Assembly (NCBI GenBank): GCA_951406725.2
Contig: OX597818.1
Location: 30,318,001-30,382,000 of the forward strand
Reading direction: 5' to 3'
DNA from: Octopus vulgaris
Taxonomy: Eukaryota
DNA length: 64,000 nucleotides
Part shown: positions 54,266 to 64,000 of the stretch, one piece after another
Numbering within the stretch: the first letter of the stretch is position 1
Layout of the letters: each line of letters opens with the position of its first letter
Translations under genes and position numbers: made by a program
Notes under the pieces: generated by a model
Database searches by the model: none
What the model saw: only the letters and a program-made list of their open reading frames with translations
What the model was told of the DNA's origin: nothing

Positions 54266-54416
54266 AAAACATTTGGCAAAAGAGACTGTTAGAATAATTA
54301 CTAGGCTTACAAAGAAAAATCCTGGGGTTGACTTGTTTGACAAAAGGCAGTACTCCAGCATGGCCACAGTCAAATGACTGAAACAAATAAAAGAATAAAA
54401 AGAATATATTATATAT

Positions 54417-54457
<41 letters not shown>

Positions 54458-54460
<3 letters not shown>

Positions 54461-54921
54461 TATGACTGGCATCCGTGCTAGAGGAGTGCTAAGAGTACCA
54501 TACGAGTGTGATCGTTGCCATAGCAAGAAGCTGGCCTCCATGCCGATGACACATAAAAAACACCATTCGAGTGTGATTGTTACCTGTGTCGCCTTACTGG
54601 CACTTGTGCTGGTGGCACATGGCAAAACATTCTAGTGAGGTCGTTGCCAGTGCCACTGGACTGGCTCCTGTGCAGGTGGCACATAAAACAAACCATTTGA
54701 GCGTGGCCATTTCCAGTACCACCTGACTGGCCCTCATGCCGGTGGCACGTAAAAGTACCCTATACACTCTCGGAGTGGTTGGCATTAGGAAGGGCATCCA
54801 ACTATAGAAACTCTGCCAGATCAGATTGGAGTCTGGTGCAGCCATCTGGTTCGCCAGACCTCAGTCAAATCATCCAGCCCATACTAGCATGGAAAGCAAA
54901 CGTTAAACGATGATGATGATG
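54458..54921 (+). mobile_element. Repeat family B copy with internal subrepeats
   Basis: Multiple GGTGGCAC..AAAA modules and a (GAT)n tail. Confidence 0.8.
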
Positions 54922-55068
54922 AAAGATATATACACATGTGTATATACTATATACATATATATACACATGTGTATATATATATATATATGTATATATATAT
55001 GTGTGTATATATATATATATATATGTATACATATATATATGTATATATATATATATGTATATGTATTG

Positions 55069-55101
<33 letters not shown>

Positions 55102-55173
55102 ATATATATGTGTGTGTGTGTATATATATACACACTTATATACATACATACATACATACATATATACATATGG

Positions 55174-55552
55174 CAAATAAGAAAATGGAGGAGAACAATA
55201 GGTGGTTCATCAACTTTTGGACAATCTCTGATGAAGCCTAGAGATATATACAAATACCTCATATTCATCTGCCTATTACCTCAATCCACTTAAGTAATAT
55301 TGGCAGAATGAGGTACTTTTATCTATTCACTGAAACAGCTGTAAGTTATTTTACTAATTTATATTCATATGTTTTATAATAATTACTGGTATCCTTATAT
55401 ATTATTATATTTTATATCTTATATCTTATATGCAAAGAATAATATGCTATATGTATGTTATTATAATTATCAGTTTAATAAATAAATAAGTTAACATTTT
55501 AATGTCCAAAAGTTGATGAACCACCTATTGTTCTCCTCCATTTTCTCATTTG
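55174..55552. repeat. 50-bp inverted repeat enclosing a hammerhead motif
   Basis: 55174-55223 versus 55503-55552, one mismatch. Confidence 0.9.
55223..55347 (+). ncRNA. Type I hammerhead motif with extended helix II
   Basis: AAUCU-CUGAUGA-[97 nt with UACCUCAU/AUGAGGUA, UCUGCC/GGCAGA and UAUUAC/GUAAUA pairings]-GAAA-CAGCUG-UA-AGUU. Helix I and the base of helix II are weak. Confidence 0.65.
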
Positions 55553-55729
55553 TGATATAAATTAATGGTAAAATATCTCTTTACCTTCACCCATTTAATA
55601 CACTAGGTAATGTTATTGCAATGCAATAAAAATCACTTGTGGATTAATAATTGGGTGTTCTACCAACAGTATATTGGCTAGATATTATCCCTTAGTGAGT
55701 TGGATTCACAACCCCTAACTTTCTTGGAG

Positions 55730-55785
<56 letters not shown>

Positions 55786-55860
55786 ATATACATACATATA
55801 TATATATATATATGTGTGTGTATATATATATATATGTGTGTGTGTATATATATATATATA

Positions 55861-55970
<110 letters not shown>

Positions 55971-56062
55971 GGTCCCGGGTTGATTCGGGGTTAACCACAG
56001 TAAGTAAGGTACTCAATACTGAAGATTTCTCTTGAATGAAACAGTACTAGTCCTGTAGAAGC

Positions 56063-56119
<57 letters not shown>

Positions 56120-56679
56120 ATATATATGTGTGCCGGTGCCCCAGCATGGCCACAGCTCATTAGCTGAAACTGGAAAAATCAAAATCAAATCATATATATA
56201 TATATATATATACACACACGCAATTATGAGCAGCAATAGTGGTAATATTGCATCATTATTACCAGCGACAATTGTAATAAGATGGAAAATGTCTTTTTAC
56301 ATTGTAAGTTCAAATTTTTCCAGGATCAACTTTACTTTTTATCCATGAAGGGTTAGTAAAGTAAGTGCTAGTCAGGTGCTGAAGATGATTTATTTAGCTG
56401 TTCACTCCTCACAAAATTTGCGGCATTGTGCCAATATTGGGACTAATTCTTATTTCAAGAGAAATCATTGTAGAGGAATGGCTGAATCAAGAGAGCGCCA
56501 GACAAAACTCCTTTCAGCTTTTATCTGAGTTCAGTCCTTCTAAAGTTGATGAAATTGGTACTGGAAGTTGATTCAGTTGTCTATGCTCTTCTACACATAT
56601 TTGCGCCAATATTTAAAATTATCCTCATACTCATCATTAACTTTACTATTATTGTTGTTGTTGTTAATCTAAATTCCTT

Positions 56680-56987
56680 GTGTGCGGTGGCACATAAGAG
56701 AACCATCCAAACGTGGCCTTTGCCAGCACTGCCCCGACTGGCTTCTGTGCCGGTGGCACATAAAAAGCACCATCCGATCGTGGCCGTTTGCCAGCCTCGT
56801 CTGGCACGTAAAAAGCACCCACTACACTCATGGAGTGGTTGGCGTTAGGAAGGGCATCCAGCTGTAGAAAAATTGCCAGATCAGACTGGGCCTGGTGCAG
56901 CCTTCTGGCTTCCCAGACCCCAGTAACACCATCCAACCCATGCCAGCATGGAAAGCGGACGCTAAACGATGATGATGATGATGATGA
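56680..56987 (+). mobile_element. Repeat family B copy
   Basis: CpG-retaining copy with (GAT)n tail. Confidence 0.8.
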
Positions 56988-58199
56988 TATTTAGTTACAT
57001 CTCTTTATGTTTTGCGTTTGAATCCTTTTGCATCAACCTTGCCTCGTTTCATCCCTCCAGTGTTGATAAAATAAGTACCAGTAACATGTTGGGTTGGTTT
57101 TTATTCGATTATACTCTTCTATGAAACCATGTGGCCTTGTGCCAATGTTAGAAAATCCTAATTATTTCTAATCATTGACACCAATGGCAGAAAGAGAAAA
57201 ATAATGTTTGTTAACTATTTTTGTAAGCATTGTATTTGGCTTTGTAAGAATGAAAAAGAGAAAATAATTTGAGTTTGTATATGTTACTAGTTTCTATAGA
57301 AAATTTTTCAATCAAGAAAATAAAAGTAACACTAACAATAACATTCCAAGTAATAATAATAATAATAATGATAATAATAATAATAATAATAACCACCATG
57401 ATAATCAAGCAACAGAATATTAATTTTAAAAAAAATTAATGTTATTTTGTATGTATAACTATATATTTCTACATATGACGATAACTTTTTTGAAGCAATT
57501 AATTTTATCTCGCTTAATTTCTTTTGATATATAATCATTATGGTGATATAAACCATGTGTTTTAGTGCTTATAATATTTGTTATCTGGTGAATTAACCAA
57601 ATGAATAAATAAATCTTGGAACCTTCTACCTCTAAGATTTTGTTATGTTGTTTTTTTTCTTTCTTTTAAAGTTTACTTCTTGTGTGGAAAATATTTCAAA
57701 GTTTTTTGTTTTTGTTTTTTTTTTTCCAATGTATTACTTGTATGTCAGAGCTTATCCCACTTTTGAGGGTATAAACCTTCAACTATCTAAGGATAGGATG
57801 CCAATCTATTAGAAGTTTTACCAACCAAAAAACTTAAGCTTAGCATGAGAAGCTACCAAAATACATTTAACATGGCTATCACTGTTCAAAGTAGTAAATT
57901 GTTCCACTTCATGGTTTACTATTTACAGCTGAGTGCAGGGAGCTGTTGAGAGCTAAATATGTTTGCCAGGGACACATTGTAAAACACCAGAGGCAGGGTA
58001 CAAAATATTAACCCTGTCATTAATAGATCAACAAATTAGTTACTAAGCCAAATTGCAACTTTGAATCTTATTAAATCATTTTAATTATAATTTCTTAACT
58101 TGTTTAAAAACAATGCTTTATTTCAATGTCCTCTTTTATTCTTTGGTTAAGGTAGATTCATATCTGAATTAATACCTTCAAATTATCAGTGAACTATGG

Positions 58200-59800
58200 C
58201 ACATCATGTTCAGCAATCAATAAAAAAAAGCATACAACAATAAATATTTAACAATCACATATTCAACAAGCTACATGCATAAGTCAGAACTGAAGACAAC
58301 TTACTCTTGCATGGAAATGTTCTATCTGCAACAGGGATACAAGCTGACGGTCACTGTAAACCTGGACCTTACAGATTTACACTATGCCATAGAATATGTA
58401 CATGGAATTAACCTCTATGTAGATGAATTTATTAAGCCTCTGAAAAGAAAAGATGAATTGAAGTTGAAGTTAAATAATGACTAATATCTCAAAATCTATA
58501 GACTAATCTTACTTCCCTTCACTTTAACTACAGCCTTCTGGAACTTAACTTCCCCATATTTTTTTCTCTCAATGAATACTAATGTTTAACTCGTAAGAAA
58601 GGCAGATTTGTTCATTCATTTTACATTTGTGCTAGCATGGTTGGTTGTATACATACTATCGGTGCATTGTTTTACAGGCTTTCACTAACCCTTTCTTGAA
58701 GTTAAATTTTGCCCATTTATTTCTATTCACCAGTTCAGGAATCCTGAAAAGACAATGGCCATTGAAGCTCCTCTCCAGATTAATAAATATAAAATATTTG
58801 TACAACTTTAACCCTTTCGATACCAACCTGGCTGAAACCGCCTCTGGCTCTGTAGTACTAATGTCTTGTTCTCAGAAGTTTTGAATTAAAATCTCCCACC
58901 AAACCATAGTCAAAATTTATGTTCCTAACACTAGCTTAATGATAACCAAGTTATTTTACTAAATTCTTTGTTATATTTAAAATAATTGAAAGAACATCTC
59001 AACAGAAATATGGTAACAAAAGGGTTAAAGTTAATTTCTGAGGTTGATAGCAACAGTTATTTGAAATTTCATAAATACCATGTTTTACGAATACTGCTAT
59101 CTATCCCCAGCTAGCTCCATTATTCTGACATGAATGATAATGAGTGGCTAATGAGAAACTTAAAGATGACCCAAGAAGTTATTTAACTTCATGTAACATT
59201 GGCACTCTAGTTACGCTGTTTAGATGCTGGACATGTTAACATGATCTGAAGTTCAAACCTCTCATTGCAGACATTGGTGTTCTTATGGACAAGGTACATA
59301 ACTCTGATTACCTAAGATTGGTTACACTTCTACTTTTATGGTGGTTGTGTTAGTAAGGGCTGTAAAAGCAATTGCTAAAATTAAAAATACCATATAAACT
59401 AGCATAGAAGATTGAACAAAAACAGCCTTTTGAGTTTGGTACACAAGAATCAATTATTTGACTATATTTTCAACAAAAACATCCAAATATTTTTTTTTGC
59501 CCTGTTGACATCAGGGGTTGAATATAATCAAGGAAAAAATATATTACCCTGGAGTAGTTTCCCTTGCCAACAAGAACATTTGTACTGCTGTACTGCAGAA
59601 TGTGTAACACATGTCTATCACTGAACGCCATCACCATTCTAAAACAGGAAATAACAGCTGGTTAACAGAGAATTGTTTCTTGCTTTACATAGCACAGTAT
59701 GAATAACAGGATATAAATCATTAAACATTCGGCCAACACCTTTTGGTTGGATAAATCACAGCCTGTCAACTTAAAGGATAATTGAACTATGTAATCTTTG
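58200..59800 (+). pseudogene. Putative decayed coding sequence, interrupted by a MITE
   Basis: Fragments NVLSATGIQADGHCKPGPY, TAFWNLT, YCYLSPASSIILT, HDLKFKPLIADIGVLMDKVHNSDYL and KIEQKQPFEFGTQESII in shifting frames. Confidence 0.3.
58812..59024. mobile_element. piggyBac-type MITE
   Basis: TTAA-CCCTTTCGATACCA...TGGTAACAAAAGGG-TTAA: TTAA target duplication and CCC/GGG TIRs. Confidence 0.85.
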
Positions 59801-59805
59801 ATACA

Positions 59806-59990
59806 CATCATCATCATCATCGTCGTTTAACATCCGTTTTCCATCTGGCATGGATTGCACGATTTGACTGAGGACTGGCAAACCAGATGGCTACACCAGG
59901 CTCCAATCTGATCTAGCAATATTTCTGCAGCTGGATACTCTTCCCAAGGCCAACCACTCCGAGAGTGTAGTGGGTGCTTTTACATGCCAC
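59806..59990 (-). mobile_element. Repeat family B copy truncated at the Helitron
   Basis: Family B motifs stop at TACATGCCACTA. Confidence 0.75.
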
Positions 59991-59992
59991 TA

Positions 59993-60357
59993 TCTCTATA
60001 TATATAAACGAAAAAATGTGTGTGTGTGTTTGTGCGTGCGTATCCTTTATACAAATCCACAGTTTTTCAGTTAGAGGGCTCAAACTTTCTATGGTCTTTC
60101 AAAACCGTCCAAGGGCGGTCGTGTACATCTTTACATTTCCCCAGTCACCCCGCAAAGCCATTAAAAAATCAATAGAAGTGACTTTTTTGCGAATTTTCTA
60201 TCCAAAACCCAATCAAAATGCCCAAAATTTGATACGCCAACTAGCTGTATGTAATTGGTCGGAGATTTAGACAGTACTCGCGTGTATGTGCGCACATACA
60301 CAGCTGTATATGCATGTACTAGCACTATGACCCGGTGTTGCCGGATCATAGTGCTAG
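59993..60357 (+). mobile_element. Non-autonomous Helitron
   Basis: A|TC 5' end, GC-rich subterminal hairpin (CCGG-TGTTG-CCGG), CTAG|T 3' end, no target duplication. Confidence 0.82.
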
Positions 60358-60504
60358 TATATATATATATATATATATATATGTTAGACATTGCCTGGCC
60401 TATACTAGCTAAAACCTATCTAAGTTATCTCATAGATATACATGTGTGTGTGTGTGTGAATATATATATATATATATATATAAATATATATATATATTAT
60501 ATAT

Positions 60505-60950
60505 TATCTCATCTTCTCTGCCCACTGTTCCTGGGAGGGTCATGGGGGCAAGTCCTCAAGGATGCCTTCCATCAAGTCTTGTCTCAACCGTCTCCAATTG
60601 ATCCAGCTGGATCCCTGAGACTAACTGAGATGTATCCAACCATCTATTCCTAGGTCTCCTGTTGGGTTTTTTACCCATAAAACCTGTCCAGTGATTCTTT
60701 CCCAAAACAGTCACAGTTTTACCACATGTCCGTAGTATCAGAACTGCGACCTCTCAGTTTGGAGAAATCACAGCTCTACTTGAAGTACCTCTCTCATCTC
60801 TAAGCTATGCATTCTATCAAGTTATGTTCTCCAAAGACCCTTCACAGGAACCAAATCTCAGTTGCTTCTATTTGTGATCATATTCTTTTGATCATTACCC
60901 AAGATTCTTGACCATAGATAAGGGTAAGCTCAAAACACTAAACTGATGAC
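60505..60950 (-). mobile_element. RTE-type LINE 3' fragment, degenerate
   Basis: IEATEIWFL and ERSQF*YYGHVV motifs on the minus strand. Confidence 0.6.
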
Positions 60951-60961
60951 AGCAAGTTATA

Positions 60962-60996
<35 letters not shown>

Positions 60997-60998
<2 letters not shown>

Positions 60999-61270
60999 TC
61001 ATCATCGTTTAACGTCCGTTTTTCATGCTAGCATGGGTTGGGCAGTTTGACCGGGGTCTGGGAAGCCAGGCTCGTCTGATATGGCAGAGTTTCTACAGCT
61101 GGATGCCCTTCCTAACGCCAACCACTCTGTGAGTGTAGTGGGTGGTTTTTATGTGCCACCGGCACAGGGGCCAGAGGAGGCTGGCAAACGTCCACAATCG
61201 GTTGGTGCTTTTTACGTGTCACTGACACGGACGCCAGTCAGACGGCGCTGGCACCAGTTACCGGCATGGG
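60997..61270 (-). mobile_element. Repeat family B copy
   Basis: Family B signature motifs. Confidence 0.8.
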
Positions 61271-61274
61271 TATC

Positions 61275-61359
<85 letters not shown>

Positions 61360-61694
61360 GTAGTCATGACAAGGATTTGTAGAGTGTAAACAATATCTGA
61401 GCAATTAGCTATAACTCTTCCAATTCAAATACTTCATTGTCTGTAGAAATGCATTAGTCTAATAAATTGGAATATAGCTAATATCTATAAGATTTAATCC
61501 AGGGAAGTGGCCTGCCTCCTTACTCTTCCCTAGATAAAAAAAGAACAAAATGACAGGAAGTGAAGAATTTGAGAAGTGAAAAAGAAAGAGAACTGCATGA
61601 AATTTATTTTTATTGGTCATACGCTACACATAACAGCCAACAAAGTATCAGCTTAACAAATATAGCAAGAAGTATAAGAAATATAAAATACATA

Positions 61695-62153
61695 CATCAT
61701 CATCATCGTTTAACGTCTGTTTTCCATGCTAGCATGGGTTGGACGGTTCGACTGGGGTCTGGGAAGCCAGGAGACTGCACCAGGCTCCAGTCTAATCTGG
61801 CAGTGTTTCAACAGCTGGATGCCCTTCCTAACGCCAACCACTCCATGAGTGTAGTGGGTGCTTTATAACCACAATCGGTGGATGATTTTTATGTGTCACC
61901 GACACGGACGCCAGTCAAGGCGGCGCTGGCATCTGCCACATTCGGATGGTGCTTTTTACGTGTCACCAGCACGGATATCTTAACTACAATTTCCATTTGA
62001 TTTTAATTTTGATGTTGTTGTTGACGTATCAAATGGAAATTGTAGTTAAAATACCCATGCTGGTGACACGTAAAAAGAAGCAGCCGAATGTGGCAGATGC
62101 CAGTGCCGCCTGACTGGCGTCCGTGTCGGTGACACGTAAAAGCACCAACCGAT
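61695..62153. mobile_element. Repeat family B copy (-) with inverted duplication of its 5' part
   Basis: 61873-62001 versus 62028-62153 are imperfect reverse complements. Confidence 0.8.
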
Positions 62154-62321
62154 CATGGCCGTATGCCATATATATATGTATATATGTATATATATATATA
62201 TACACAAACACACATACATACACATTTATATAACACCAATGTACATATATATAATATATAATATCATCATTTATCATCCATTTTCTATGCTGGCCTGTGT
62301 ATGTATAATACTATTCCACAA

Positions 62322-62483
62322 GAGTGGCTGTGCAGTTAAAAGGTTTGCTTTTCAACTACATGGTTTTGAGATTTAGTCCCACTGCACAGCACCTTGAACA
62401 AGCAAATGTCTTCTACTATAACCCCAGGCCAAAAAATGACTTGTTAGTAAATTCAGTAGACAGAAACTGAAAAGCCCATCCTG

Positions 62484-62542
<59 letters not shown>

Positions 62543-62583
62543 TGAGTGAGTGAGTGAGTGAGTGAGTGAGTGAGTGAGTGAGT

Positions 62584-62644
<61 letters not shown>

Positions 62645-62800
62645 CTTTGGCACTGACGTCATGGGATAGTTGTAAAAGTAGTGTCATTCATTTCTAATAT
62701 TCTGCAGAAATATATCTAGCTGAAAAAAATCTGTCTCAATCAACTCCATCAGACCCATGCAAGCATGGAAAGTGGATGTTAAAACAATGATCATGATGAT
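62322..62800 (+). mobile_element. SINE family A variant with (GT)n(GAGT)n(GA)n insert
   Basis: GAGTGGCTGTG head, CACCTTGAACAAG and AGAAACTGAAAAGCCC. Confidence 0.65.
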
Positions 62801-64000
62801 GTACTTTTTAGTCCTCTTAAACATTGGGGACCACAGATTAAGGCCAATGACATTGCTGTAAAGTGGGCATATATAACCATGATGAAATCCTTTGCTTAAT
62901 AAACTTTCAATTCAATATGGATTGTATAAGACTAGGATGTGAATTGGCACATAACCAGGACTCAGTTCTAAAGGTAATGCTGACACAGATGACTGAATTC
63001 TCTCGGTGAAGCTGACTAATGAAACAACTTTCCATTGACTTCTTCAGTTCTTAAACAGAACATTGCAAATGAAATACTAAAGAGAGCGAGAAAGAGAGAG
63101 GACTTAAGTCATAAACAAATGATATACAATAGCTCATATTTCAATGATAGGTGATCAAATACTTGCTGTCATAGAATTATGAACTGCAGCTACCAGTTTA
63201 GCCTGCTAGAGTATATATATACATTAACTTGATTAATGGTGAATATTTAATGAGAATACATTGTATAAAGAATACAGTAGTGAATTTCAGTATTTGTTCA
63301 TTGTGTGAGTGGTGTGTGATAGAGCATGGTATGGATGTGAAAGGCTGGGATAAAATGACTGGCAACCAATCTGACTTCAAGGAAGATTAAAGGAAAGCGA
63401 GAAAAAAACTTAAGAGCTTGAAGAAGATTCCTATAAAAATAGGTAGTTACATCTCCTCAAGAAGTGCAGTTACTGTAAAAGAGATTGCCATACACACATT
63501 AGAAACCCTAGTCAAGTAAAACCCTGCAATGACTGGCATGACTCAGGGCTCATAGCTGAAAAGAGATGCACTTGTTTTTATTGTCCCTGAAAGCAAGAAA
63601 AATCAATGTCGACTGGCAGGATGGATTTAAACTCAAAATGTAAAGAAGACATTCTTATAAGTAGTTTTCTTCAAGGTAATCTTTGGATGAATTAGAAAGA
63701 TTGTGTACATATCAGTGATTTAGCTAGAATTTTCTGAAATTATAGCAACAATTAAGCTTTTGGATTCAGCAAAAAATATCAAAAACCTACAATTTTTCAT
63801 TAATTATAAAATTCAATAAAAGTTTCAATAATATTGCATTTTTTATGCCAGAGTAACCAAATTCTTTTAAACTAATAGTGAATTTTATGAAACCATTGTT
63901 TTGAATCAATTTTAAACAGGAAACTTCTGTTCAAAAATATGTCATGCACAAGGATTATAGAAGCTAAGTTATAGGATATATTACTGTGAGAGTCATTTTA

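Noticed and set aside
54540-54760. Regularly spaced GGTGGCAC..AAAA repeats resembling a CRISPR array
   Set aside because: These are degenerate internal subrepeats of retroposon family B in eukaryotic DNA; the spacers are related to one another and there are no cas genes.
56015-56056. CTGAAGA-TTTC..GAAT-GAAA..GTC hammerhead candidate
   Set aside because: No helix I pairing in either type I or type III topology.

Overview
Eukaryotic, AT-rich, microsatellite-dense genomic DNA with no intact host gene that I can support. The SINE repertoire and the (TA)n/(TATG)n load fit an octopus-type cephalopod genome (inference). Almost all listed ORFs are microsatellite or antisense artefacts. Recognisable content: degenerate retroelements (CR1-type, RTE, one Penelope-like RT+GIY-YIG element), three Tc1/mariner relics (mariner, DD37D/maT, Tc1), piggyBac-type MITEs, a non-autonomous Helitron and several SINE families. 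Two less ordinary signals stand out. (1) A dispersed set of short inverted-repeat inserts in or next to (TA)n or AT-rich tracts. At least five unrelated sequence families among them carry minimal type I hammerhead ribozyme motifs with palindromic helix III (1797, 2658/2729, 4875, 39217/39872, 55223), often mirrored on both strands. (2) Repeat-free blocks (about 7.6-13.8 kb, 17.9-18.9 kb, 58.2-59.8 kb, 61.4-63.5 kb) that read like heavily C>T-decayed protein-coding sequence. These are a candidate fragmented endogenous virus or large element that I cannot identify without a search.
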